Notes: generated by a model from the letters alone, not told the origin. A DNA stretch of 64,000 nt from Candidatus Omnitrophota bacterium (GCA_043817155.1 JBDRHE010000072.1:1345-65344); one strand, 5' to 3'. Numbered from the stretch's first letter, positions 46,050-55,076 are shown. Made by a program: numbers and translations.

Positions 46050-46383
46050 CTCTCTTTTTTTACCCGAACCGTCAACCTAATCATATATGGTAGTTGACAA
46101 TATGATTACGCCAAATAAAATAAAGACCGATTCATCCGCCTTCGCAGGAAATCTCGGCTTTGATCGGGAAGGAATGCGGCAGTCCTGCTTCGGCGCGATG
46201 TCCGCCAATACTATCGGAAAGGCGAGACCTTGCCATAGCCTAAAAGGCGAAGGCAGGTCGCCCTTAAAATTGAAGGCGGATGCCGTGCCGACTTGTCCGC
46301 CGAAGCTGAACGTGAATACAATTCAGCGAAGGCGGGCAACAACAAGGCATTCCGGACTTGCCCGGTGGGCTCCACTCCTTAAA

Positions 46384-47268
46384 GTGCCTCTAACAGAGCT
46401 TATCTCCCGTGCCAATACTGTGAGGAAAAGAAAAGTAGGAAATAAGCTCGAGCTCTGTAGCATCGTAAGCGCCAAGTCCGGACTTTGCAACGAAGACTGC
46501 AAGTTCTGCGCTCAATCGTCTCGTCACAAAACAAAAGTGCCAACGTATTCACTTAAGAGTTCAGGCGAGATGATCGAAGCGGCAATCGAGGCCAGAAGAA
46601 ACGGCGCATCCAGGTTCGGGATCGTTACAAGCGGGAATCGTTTAACATCTTGTGAACTTAAGACCATAGCGCAAGCGATCTCCGAGATCAGGAAAAGGAT
46701 CGGTATAGCGGTTTGCGGTTCACTGGGGGCCCTGGGATTCGATGAGCTGACAATGCTTAAAAGCGCCGGGCTTACCAGGTACCATCATAACATAGAGACT
46801 TCACGGCGTTTCTATCGCAAGATCGTGTCGACCCATAGCTTTGAGGAGCGTATAGATACTATAAAGGGCGCGAAACTCGCGGGACTCGAAATATGCTCAG
46901 GTGGCATAATAGGGATGGGTGAGACATGGCAGGACAGGATAGATATGGCCTATCTTCTAAAGTATCTCGATGTAGATTCGGTGCCTTTGAATATTCTCGT
47001 GCCGATAAAAGGCACACCCCTTGAGTCTGTAAAACCCATCTCACCTGCCGATGTTATAAGGACGATCTGTATATTCAGAATAATTTTAGGTGATAAGATA
47101 ATAAAGATAGCCGCGGGCAGGGAGACTGTGCTTAAAGATCTTCAGGCCATGGGTTTTATGGCAGGGGCAAATGGTATGTTGATAGGCGGATACCTTACTA
47201 TCAAAGGCAGGAGCCTTGAAGAGGACCGGCTGCTTGCAAGAGAGATAAAGATATTATGGAAAGAGTAG
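46384..47268 (+). CDS. bioB: Biotin synthase.
   Basis: CNEDCKFCAQS radical SAM motif. Start at GTG 46384 chosen by homology to the canonical N-terminus. The track ORF extends about 100 codons upstream through a repeat-rich region. Confidence 0.8.
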   Translation: MPLTELISRANTVRKRKVGNKLELCSIVSAKSGLCNEDCKFCAQSSRHKTKVPTYSLKSSGEMIEAAIEARRNGASRFGIVTSGNRLTSCELKTIAQAISEIRKRIGIAVCGSLGALGFDELTMLKSAGLTRYHHNIETSRRFYRKIVSTHSFEERIDTIKGAKLAGLEICSGGIIGMGETWQDRIDMAYLLKYLDVDSVPLNILVPIKGTPLESVKPISPADVIRTICIFRIILGDKIIKIAAGRETVLKDLQAMGFMAGANGMLIGGYLTIKGRSLEEDRLLAREIKILWKE

Positions 47269-48404
47269 AGAAACTATTAAAAGAGCGAAAAGCAAAAGGC
47301 CTTTTAAGGAGACTTGAACCCCTGAGTAAGAGAGGTAGGGGTAGGATCCGTCTTCAAGAGAGAGACTACCTGGACTTCTCTTCGAATGACTATTTAGGAC
47401 TTACAAATCACCCACGGCTTATCGAGGCTGCCGTAAAGGCCACTCAGGCCTGGGGGACGGGTTCGTCGGCGTCACGTCTTTTAAGCGGAGACCTCAATAT
47501 TCACCACGATCTGGAATCGAAAGTAGCCGCGTTCAAGGGCAAAGAGGCGGCGCTCGTATTCAATTCCGGGTATCAGGCCAATGTGGGGATAATAAGCGCT
47601 ATTGTCGGAAGAGGAGACGCCATATTTTCTGACAGACTGAACCATGCAAGTATAATTGATGGAGCCCTTCTCTCCGGCGCCAAATTATTCAGATACAGGC
47701 ACAATGACGTAAATCATCTGGAATCTTTGCTAAAGAGGGAGAGAGACAAATTCAAAGGAGTCCTTATATTGACCGAATCGGTCTTCAGTATGGATGGGGA
47801 TCGAGCCCCCCTGAAGGAGATCGCTCTTCTTAAGGAGAGATTTGGGTCTCTTTTGATGGTGGACGAGGCGCATGCAACGGGCATCTTTGGCGCAAGCGGC
47901 GCCGGTATGGTGGAAGAAGAGGGCATGATAGACAAGGTCGATCTTATAATGGGTACGTTCAGTAAAGCGCTTGGTAGTTTCGGTGGCTACATAGCATGCG
48001 ATCGGCGCATTAAGGAGTACCTGGTCAATTTTTCAAGAAGTTTTATCTATTCTACAGCGTTACCACCGTCTGTGATAGCGGTAAACTCAGCGAGCATAGA
48101 TTTAATAAAGGAGGAACCTTTTAGGAGAGATAGATTGATCGAAAATAGTATCTATTTTCGAAAAGGACTGGTAGGGCGTGGCTTCTGTGTGCGTGGCGAT
48201 TCCGAGATCGTTCCGGTTATCCTGGGGGGAGCCTTACGGGCCGTTAACCTAAGCAAAGCATTACAAGAATCCGGATATCACGTTCTTCCTATAAGGCCGC
48301 CAACCGTTCCCACAGGGGAGTCGAGACTCAGATTTTCACTAAATTTCGATCATACGAAGGAGATTTTGGACAGAGTGATCGATGCTATTGTAGGGGGCAT
48401 TTAA
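47256..48404 (+). CDS. bioF: 8-amino-7-oxononanoate synthase.
   Basis: PLP-dependent AOS family with an SKALGSFGG lysine motif. Start overlaps the bioB end. Confidence 0.85.
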   Translation: MERVEKLLKERKAKGLLRRLEPLSKRGRGRIRLQERDYLDFSSNDYLGLTNHPRLIEAAVKATQAWGTGSSASRLLSGDLNIHHDLESKVAAFKGKEAALVFNSGYQANVGIISAIVGRGDAIFSDRLNHASIIDGALLSGAKLFRYRHNDVNHLESLLKRERDKFKGVLILTESVFSMDGDRAPLKEIALLKERFGSLLMVDEAHATGIFGASGAGMVEEEGMIDKVDLIMGTFSKALGSFGGYIACDRRIKEYLVNFSRSFIYSTALPPSVIAVNSASIDLIKEEPFRRDRLIENSIYFRKGLVGRGFCVRGDSEIVPVILGGALRAVNLSKALQESGYHVLPIRPPTVPTGESRLRFSLNFDHTKEILDRVIDAIVGGI

Positions 48405-48539
48405 GCCCCGGGCTTAGATTATGAAGGTTGTTGTGAAAAGCCCGGGGCTTAAATGCAGACTAAAGTAGATGCGGACAAAGGCCATTCAGGTCCCGGGCTT
48501 TCTTGGTAAACCACTTTATTCAAGCCCGGGACCTGAATG
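48398..48539. repeat. Two tandem family D hairpins (D4a 48398-48455, overlapping the bioF stop codon; D4b 48484-48539).
   Basis: CATTTAAGCCCCGGGCTT-AGATTATGAAGGTTGTTGTGAAA-AGCCCGGGGCTTAAATG and CATTCAGGTCCCGGGCTT-TCTTGGTAAACCACTTTATTC-AAGCCCGGGACCTGAATG. Confidence 0.85.
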
Positions 48540-48620
48540 GGATAAGCCCGGCGAAACAATCTGACGAAATCCGTCGGATTACGTTTGTGTATTAGAAATT
48601 ATGAGTTAACGATATAAAAG

Positions 48621-49301
48621 ATGCAGACAGGATTTAAGTATATAGATAGAAATAAGAAGCGGACGATGGTACTGGTACCGGGATGGGCAACAGACCACAG
48701 GATATTTGATTTTCTTGATATCGATTTTAACTATCTATTGCCTACGCTCTGCTACCCGAGAGACTTTGAAACCGAACTATTAAATGCGTTGCGGGAATAT
48801 AAACTCGAAAAGGTATCGATTCTCGGGTTTTCGATGGGTGGATTCGTATCCGCGAAGTTTGCGGCAAGACATGCCGGTCTTATCGAAACTCTCATCTTCG
48901 TCGGTATACGCCGCAGGTTTAGGACCGATAAGATCGAGGAGATAAGAGGGCTTCTTCTGAAGAATAAAAGAGCGTTCTTGTACAAATTCTATCTTGAATG
49001 TTTTGCGGGGAAAGAGAGTCTTATGTTGTTTAAGAGAACCTTCCTTAAAAGTTACTGCGAAGAGATGGAGATAGACCATCTATTAATGACCCTCGATTAC
49101 CTGAAGAGTGCCGAGATCGAGCCCGAAACGCTTCTTGGCATAAAGAGTATTAAGATCATCCACGGGGAAGAAGATAAGATCGCGCCTCTTAATGAAGCTA
49201 ATTGGATAAGGGAGAGGTTGCCTAAAGCAGAGTTTATTGCATTGAAAGGCGAGGGACACATTCCGTTCTTAAATAAGGAGTTCAGTAAGTCGATATGGTA
49301 G
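48621..49301 (+). CDS. Alpha/beta hydrolase, candidate pimeloyl-ACP methyl ester esterase (BioH-like).
   Basis: GFSMGG nucleophile elbow. Located inside the biotin operon between bioF and bioC. Confidence 0.55.
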   Translation: MQTGFKYIDRNKKRTMVLVPGWATDHRIFDFLDIDFNYLLPTLCYPRDFETELLNALREYKLEKVSILGFSMGGFVSAKFAARHAGLIETLIFVGIRRRFRTDKIEEIRGLLLKNKRAFLYKFYLECFAGKESLMLFKRTFLKSYCEEMEIDHLLMTLDYLKSAEIEPETLLGIKSIKIIHGEEDKIAPLNEANWIRERLPKAEFIALKGEGHIPFLNKEFSKSIW

Positions 49302-49386
49302 ATCAGTCGTGTCCAAATGAGTTGTACCATATCGACGGAAATAGCGTTTTGACATTCGAAACTTTGCCATGACCGCTTTTCTCACA

Positions 49387-49455
49387 TGTCATCCCCGCGC
49401 AAGCGGGGATCCAGGCGAGAGTTTCGTCTGGATTCCCGCTTCCGCGGAAATGACA
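49387..49455. repeat. Family B element, copy B9.
   Basis: TGTCATCCCCGCGCAAGCGGGGATCCAGG...CTGGATTCCCGCTTCCGCGGAAATGACA. Confidence 0.85.
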
Positions 49456-49475
49456 AAAAGCTAATTTGGACAGCA

Positions 49476-50246
49476 ATGATGGTAGATAAAGAGACGATCA
49501 AGAAGAACTTCTCAAGGTGCGCCCCGGGATACGATAAGCACGCGTCCGTGCAAAAGATGGTTGCTTCGCAGCTTATTAAATTGATAAAGAAGCGCCGGTT
49601 CGACAATATACTGGATATAGGCTGCGGTACCGGTATCTATACTAAATATTTAAGAGAACGGTTCCCAAAAGCGCATATAAAAGCTGTGGATATCTCCCCC
49701 GGGATGATAGACGTTGCTTGCAGAAAAGATGAGCTTAAAGGGATTGAATTTGTCGCTTGCGATGGCGAAACTATGGATTTGACGGATAGCTTCGATCTGA
49801 TAACATCAAGCGCCAGTTTTCAATGGTTCACCGATCTGGAGACGGCTTTATCAAGATATAGGGGGGCATTAAAGAAGGGCGGTATGATGCTCTTTTCAAC
49901 CTTTGGCCCGCTTACTTTTTATGAATTGAATCAAACCCTGGATGACTTTTTTGGCAAGGGGGCATTTACCCATTCCCATACCTTTGACGGGCGCGCGAAG
50001 ATAGAGAATACGCTGAAGACCCTCTTTGAAGATGTTGCGATAGAGGAGAAGCAATACAAGGAAGTGTATGACTCGATCAAAAACCTTTTAATGACTATAA
50101 AACTGTGTGGCATCAGAGGTAAAGGGATCAGCCAGAGATCCGTTTGGGTGCCGGAGACAATTTCAGGACTGGAAGAGAGATACATAAGAAGATTTGAAGG
50201 TATAGTAGCAACTTATCAGGCATTCTTCTGCAGAGGAGAAAAGTGA
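49476..50246 (+). CDS. bioC: Malonyl-ACP O-methyltransferase.
   Basis: ILDIGCGTG SAM motif and the BioC-like N-terminus KETIKKNFSRCAPGYDKHASVQ. The track ORF starts inside repeat B9. Confidence 0.75.
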   Translation: MMVDKETIKKNFSRCAPGYDKHASVQKMVASQLIKLIKKRRFDNILDIGCGTGIYTKYLRERFPKAHIKAVDISPGMIDVACRKDELKGIEFVACDGETMDLTDSFDLITSSASFQWFTDLETALSRYRGALKKGGMMLFSTFGPLTFYELNQTLDDFFGKGAFTHSHTFDGRAKIENTLKTLFEDVAIEEKQYKEVYDSIKNLLMTIKLCGIRGKGISQRSVWVPETISGLEERYIRRFEGIVATYQAFFCRGEK

Positions 50247-50938
50247 AGAGATCTAAAGCGGTATTTATTGCAAGTACGGATACCGGGGTAGGGAAGACCG
50301 TAGTAACGGGTCTTTTTGGTAGATTCCTTTTAAGTAGGGGTTTAAACGCTATACCCCAAAAATGGATACAGACAGGAGGCGTTACCGCGCTAGATGCCTT
50401 CAGGCATCTTGGTCTCATGCGAATTACCGGAGACGATATAAAGAAGCATATAGCCCATATCTCTCCATATATATTTAAATTTGCAGCCTCTCCACATCTT
50501 GCAGCTTTGCGAGAAGGAAGGAGAATAGATAAGGGCAAAATAGAGCGGAGTTTCAAACACCTGTGTTCCGAATTCGATCATGTTTTGGTAGAAGGAATTG
50601 GCGGCGGGCTTGTGCCATTTAACAAAAAGGATATGGTTATAGATATTGCGGCGAAACTTAAACTTCCGGTGATTATTGTGGCGGCAAATAGGTTGGGGGC
50701 GATCAATCATACCCTTCTTACTGTAGAGGCTATTAAAAGAAGAGGCATGAAGATATTGGGTGTTGTATTTAATGACCAGCGCAAGAAAGAGAACCCGGTT
50801 ATTCTAAAGGATAATATCAGAATAATAAGGGAGATTACAGGCCAGAGGGTGCTGGGTCGCTTGCCCTGGATCAAGAATGAGGCTGCATTATACAGAGCAT
50901 TCTTGCCCATAGGAAGGAAAATATACAAGGTTCTTTAA
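50243..50938 (+). CDS. bioD: Dethiobiotin synthetase.
   Basis: FIASTDTGVGKTVVT P-loop. GTG start overlaps the bioC stop (GTGA). Confidence 0.85.
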   Translation: MKRSKAVFIASTDTGVGKTVVTGLFGRFLLSRGLNAIPQKWIQTGGVTALDAFRHLGLMRITGDDIKKHIAHISPYIFKFAASPHLAALREGRRIDKGKIERSFKHLCSEFDHVLVEGIGGGLVPFNKKDMVIDIAAKLKLPVIIVAANRLGAINHTLLTVEAIKRRGMKILGVVFNDQRKKENPVILKDNIRIIREITGQRVLGRLPWIKNEAALYRAFLPIGRKIYKVL

Positions 50939-52276
50939 ATGGATACCTGGATAAAACGAGATTTAAAACATAATTGGCACCCTTATACGCAGATGAAGGA
51001 TTGCAAGAGGCTGCCACCCATTCTGATCGAAAAGGCGAAGGGGTTAAAATTATATGATAATAAGGGTAAGTTCTATTACGATACCATATCCAGCTGGTGG
51101 TGTAATATCCATGGGCACAATCACCCTACGATAAGACGCGCCGTTAAAGAACAGCTGGATACCCTTGAACACGTACTGTTTGCCGGTTTTACTCACAAAC
51201 CGGCAATAATCTTATCAGAGAAACTCGTCTCGATCGCTCCAAAAAACCTTACAAGAGTATTCTATTCGGACAATGGATCGACAGCGGTTGAGACGGCAAT
51301 TAAGATGTCGCTTCAATACTGGTATAATACCGGCAGAAGCAACAAGAGAAGATTTATATCGCTGGATCATGGATACCATGGTGATACCGCAGGCGCTATG
51401 AGTGTAGGCGGCGTAAGCCTCTTTAACGAGGTATTCAGCCCGCTCCTCTTTAAGGCTTTCAAAGCGCCATCACCTTATTGCTATAGGTGTCCTATGGGCG
51501 AAGAGAGAGACTCCTGTGGTATAGAATGCATAAAGCCGCTCGAGAAGATATTAAAGGCAAAGAGTGGCGAAATAGCCGGCATGATCCTGGAGCCGCTTGT
51601 CATGGCAGCGGGCGGAATGATAATCTATCCGAAGGAGTACCTAAAGAAGGCGCGCGAACTTACCGGAAGATATAATGTGCATTTGATACTGGATGAGGTG
51701 GCTACCGGATTTGGAAGAACAGGGAAGATGTTCGCGTGTGAGCACACGAATACCAAGCCCGACTTCATGTGTCTCTCTAAAGGCATCACATCCGGATACA
51801 TGCCGCTTGCCGCGACACTTACTACCGGCAAGATATATAGAGCTTTCTACGCCGATCTCGAAAAGAAGAAGACCTTCTATCACGGTCACACCTACACCGC
51901 CAATCCTCTGGCATGCAGAGCGGCGCTGGCAAGTCTCGAGATCTTTAAAAATGAGGATACGCTTAAAAGGGTAGAAGCGATAGCTCCCATCTTTAATGAA
52001 GAGCTAGCAATGTTCAGAAACCTAAAGTTAATAGGGGATGTCAGGCACATAGGTATGATAGGGGCCCTTGAGCTTGTAAAGGATAAGAGCACAAAGGAGC
52101 CCTTCGCCATTAAAGATGGGATAGGCGCACGCATCTATAAGGAGGGGCTCAAGAAGAATCTTCTACTCAGGCCGCTTGGGAACATAGTCTACTTCTACCT
52201 ACCGCTTTGCATAAAGAAATCGGAGCTTCGCACCATCCTGAAGCGAACCTTCAAAATAATTAAAAGAATATATTGA
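50939..52276 (+). CDS. bioA: Adenosylmethionine-8-amino-7-oxononanoate aminotransferase.
   Basis: Class III aminotransferase with an LDEVATGFGRTG motif. 445 aa. Confidence 0.9.
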   Translation: MDTWIKRDLKHNWHPYTQMKDCKRLPPILIEKAKGLKLYDNKGKFYYDTISSWWCNIHGHNHPTIRRAVKEQLDTLEHVLFAGFTHKPAIILSEKLVSIAPKNLTRVFYSDNGSTAVETAIKMSLQYWYNTGRSNKRRFISLDHGYHGDTAGAMSVGGVSLFNEVFSPLLFKAFKAPSPYCYRCPMGEERDSCGIECIKPLEKILKAKSGEIAGMILEPLVMAAGGMIIYPKEYLKKARELTGRYNVHLILDEVATGFGRTGKMFACEHTNTKPDFMCLSKGITSGYMPLAATLTTGKIYRAFYADLEKKKTFYHGHTYTANPLACRAALASLEIFKNEDTLKRVEAIAPIFNEELAMFRNLKLIGDVRHIGMIGALELVKDKSTKEPFAIKDGIGARIYKEGLKKNLLLRPLGNIVYFYLPLCIKKSELRTILKRTFKIIKRIY

Positions 52277-52431
52277 CAGAAGTTTTTTTTCTGCTACAAT
52301 TGAAATTGAATTTCAATGTCATCCTCCTGCGCCATAGCAGAAATTCACTGTATCTATGCTCCGGAGGATGCTATCCACCGAAGCCAAACACGGTAAGTAT
52401 TTGGCGAAGGTGGATCAATAGACGCCACCGT

Positions 52432-52627
52432 CTCGTCTTTGCGAGGTGCCGTGATTTACTGAGCGCACCGAAGCAATCTCAAACGAGCTCGAATGAGATT
52501 GCCTGCCTGCCAGTATATTTCGGGCAGGCAGGCTTCGGCACGCTCGAATATTCCGGTGCCTCGCAAAGACAGAGTAAAATGAGACTGCTTCGGCACACTC
52601 CGAATTTTTTGGTATCTCGCAATGATG
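52432..52627. repeat. Family C element, copy C6, plus a degenerate extra right-end fragment.
   Basis: CTCGTCTTTGCGAGGTGCCGTGATTTACTGAGCGCACCGAAGCAATCTC...GATTGCCTGCCTGCCAGTATATTTCGGGCAGGCAGGCTTCGGCACGCTCGAATATTCCGGTGCCTCGCAAAGAC, then GAGACTGCTTCGGCACACTCCGAAT. Confidence 0.85.
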
Positions 52628-52649
52628 TGCTGGATGAGAGGAGAGTAAT

Positions 52650-53075
52650 ATGAGCAAAGAGCTGGAGCTTTTTAACTCGTTCCTGAAGAAGAAGAATCTA
52701 AAGGTTACCAAACAAAGGGAAGAGCTATTAAAGATATTCTTAAATACGAGAAAACACCTTAGCGTTGAAGAATTCTATAACATTGCCAAGAAGAGAGACC
52801 ACCGCATAGGTCTTGCTACTGCGTTTAGAACGCTCAAGCTTTTGAAGGAGATGGGTATTGCCAAAGAGGTGCTCCTCGGGGATAAGATCATAAGATATGA
52901 GAGGAAGTACGGACACGGTCATCACGATCACCTTGTGTGCACTGATTGCGGAAAATGTATAGAGGCCGTAGACCCCAAAATAGAGGAGCTGCAGGATACC
53001 CTCTGTAAGAGATTTGGGTTTAAACCCGAACGGCACAGAATGGAGATCTTTGGCCTTTGTAAAAAATGTAGATAA
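52650..53075 (+). CDS. fur: Fur family transcriptional regulator.
   Basis: HHDHLVC..C zinc/regulatory site and a winged-helix N-terminus. Strong ribosome-binding site. Confidence 0.85.
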   Translation: MSKELELFNSFLKKKNLKVTKQREELLKIFLNTRKHLSVEEFYNIAKKRDHRIGLATAFRTLKLLKEMGIAKEVLLGDKIIRYERKYGHGHHDHLVCTDCGKCIEAVDPKIEELQDTLCKRFGFKPERHRMEIFGLCKKCR

Positions 53076-53133
53076 TGATTACACAGATTATCAGGGATTG
53101 ATTACACAGACTTTAGACGGATTACACAGATTA
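53076..53133 (+). repeat. Tandem direct-repeat array E2: three copies of (T)GATTACACAGA(T/C)T with a 21-22-bp period.
   Basis: Units at 53076, 53098 and 53119. Begins 1 nt after the fur stop and ends 17 nt before the feoB ATG. The first unit reads GATAATGATTACACAGATTATC, with Fur-box-like GATAAT/ATTATC arms. Confidence 0.85.
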
Positions 53134-53149
53134 TAGGTTAGGTGTTCGG

Positions 53150-53638
53150 ATGAAGAAGATTGCGATAGTTGGAAGTCCTAACGTAGGCAAGAGCGTCTTA
53201 TTTAATGCGCTTACTAAAAGGTATGTAACGGTATCGAACTATCCCGGTACGACGGTCGAAGTTTCGCGAGGAAGGATAGAACTGGAAGGCATGGAGTATG
53301 AGGTAATCGATACGCCGGGGATGTATTCTCTTATGCCGATCACAGAAGAGGAGCGTGTTGCCAGAAGGATTCTTATAAATGAGAAGCCCGATATCGTCCT
53401 CCATGTACTCGATGCAAAGAACTTAGAGAGAATGTTATCTTTGACCTTGCAGCTATCGGAGGCGCATCTTCACACCATATTGGTGCTCAATATCATGGAT
53501 GAAGCAGCCAAAGAGGGAGTCTTTATAGATACCGCGCTACTTGAAAAGGAACTGAAGATTCCCGTTTTAGAGACTGTCTCTACAAAAGGCAAGGGGATAG
53601 AGGAGCTTAAGAAGAGGATTGTCAATCATGACAAATGA
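53150..53638 (+). CDS. feoB: Ferrous iron transporter FeoB, N-terminal GTPase domain, encoded as a separate ORF.
   Basis: GSPNVGKS (G1), DTPG (G3) and NIMD (G4) motifs. 162 aa. Confidence 0.8.
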   Translation: MKKIAIVGSPNVGKSVLFNALTKRYVTVSNYPGTTVEVSRGRIELEGMEYEVIDTPGMYSLMPITEEERVARRILINEKPDIVLHVLDAKNLERMLSLTLQLSEAHLHTILVLNIMDEAAKEGVFIDTALLEKELKIPVLETVSTKGKGIEELKKRIVNHDK

Positions 53639-55076
53639 ATATAAAGGACCGGTCGAATACTCTATAGAGATCGCAGCTGAGAGGATCGAGGCCCTCTTAA
53701 AGGCCGATTACGGCATCTCCAAGCGGTCAATCGCTCTCCTTCTTTTGCAGGAGGATGGCGAAATATTGGATCTTGCGAAGGAGAGAGATCCTGGATCCTT
53801 TCCTGAGATAGATGAATCTATAGAGGAGCTCAAATCACATTATTCCAATCCGATTGTGTACGAGCTGGCGGTTGAAAGGCAAAACGTAGTAAAGGAGATA
53901 ACAGGGAAGGTAGTGAAACTGCGCAAAACTAAGGTCTCTTTCCAGGAAAGATTGAGCCGTCTTACAACGAATCCGGTAACGGGGATACCCATACTTCTAT
54001 TTATTCTTTACATAGGGTTGTATAAGTTTGTAGGTGGGTTTGGCGCAGGAACCATAGTTGATTTTTTGGAGAGGACTATCTTCGAAGAGCGCCTGAATCC
54101 TTTTTTGATAGACCTATTTACCCGCTTTGTTCCATGGGGGGTTATACGGGATCTATTTGTCGGGGAATACGGATTAGTAACGATGGGATTCAGGTATGCA
54201 GTAGCATTGATATTGCCCATCGTTACTCTCTTCTTTGTTGTATTCTCTATAATAGAAGATAGCGGTTATCTGCCGCGCCTTGCGATGCTGATCGACAGAA
54301 CGTTCAAAAAGATCGGCTTAAGCGGAAGGGCTGTTATACCTATGGTGCTGGGGTTCGGATGCGCAACAATGGCAACAATGGTTACAAGGACTCTTCCGAC
54401 CAAACGTGAGCGTGTTATTGCGACCATGCTTCTTGCTCTGGCTGTACCGTGTTCAGCGCAGCTTGGAGTTATCCTGGCTCTTCTGGAGGGTAAGACCGGC
54501 GCTATGTTCATATGGGTCGGGGTGGTTAGTTTTATATTTTTATTTATCGGTTTTCTGACAGCAAAAATTCTACCGGGAGAGAGGCCGTCATTCTATATGG
54601 AGATACCGCCACTACGCATGCCGGGGCTCTCCAATGTGCTTACAAAGACATACGTAAGGGTTAAGTGGTATTTTAAAGAGATACTGCCGATCTTTCTTAT
54701 AGCGAGCGTTCTTATATGGTTTGGTCAGCTTATAGGACTATTTGATCTATTAATAAGGTTTCTTGCAAAACCCGTAGCTCTTATAGGTTTACCTGAGGAA
54801 GCGGCAAAGATATTCTTGTTCGGTTTTTTTAGGCGGGACTATGGTGCAGCCGGGCTTTATGACCTTAATAAGCAGGGGCTATTAAGCGGCGTGCAGCTTG
54901 TAGTCGCATGTGTAGCTTTGACACTATTCCTTCCGTGTATCGCGCAGTTCCTTATTAATGTAAAAGAACGCGGATGGAAGACCGGGTTTGCAATATCGAT
55001 ATTCATACTCTTCTTCTCTTTTGGAGCTGCGTATACGGTCAATCTCCTGTTGACAAGATTGGGAGTGGTGTTATGA
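53628..55076 (+). CDS. feoB: FeoB GDI/helical domain plus membrane permease domain, encoded as a separate ORF.
   Basis: 485 aa with gate-motif-containing TM helices. Overlaps the upstream ORF by 11 nt in the +1 frame. Confidence 0.8.
   Translation: MTNEYKGPVEYSIEIAAERIEALLKADYGISKRSIALLLLQEDGEILDLAKERDPGSFPEIDESIEELKSHYSNPIVYELAVERQNVVKEITGKVVKLRKTKVSFQERLSRLTTNPVTGIPILLFILYIGLYKFVGGFGAGTIVDFLERTIFEERLNPFLIDLFTRFVPWGVIRDLFVGEYGLVTMGFRYAVALILPIVTLFFVVFSIIEDSGYLPRLAMLIDRTFKKIGLSGRAVIPMVLGFGCATMATMVTRTLPTKRERVIATMLLALAVPCSAQLGVILALLEGKTGAMFIWVGVVSFIFLFIGFLTAKILPGERPSFYMEIPPLRMPGLSNVLTKTYVRVKWYFKEILPIFLIASVLIWFGQLIGLFDLLIRFLAKPVALIGLPEEAAKIFLFGFFRRDYGAAGLYDLNKQGLLSGVQLVVACVALTLFLPCIAQFLINVKERGWKTGFAISIFILFFSFGAAYTVNLLLTRLGVVL

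Noticed and set aside
9671-49455. Possible CRISPR array, suggested by the recurring 27-bp GTCATCCCCGCG(A/C)AAGCGGGGATCCAG units.
   Set aside because: Units occur as inverted pairs bracketing 25-50 bp, scattered kilobases apart between unrelated genes. There is no regular repeat-spacer periodicity and no cas genes. The pattern fits a MITE or REP element, not CRISPR.
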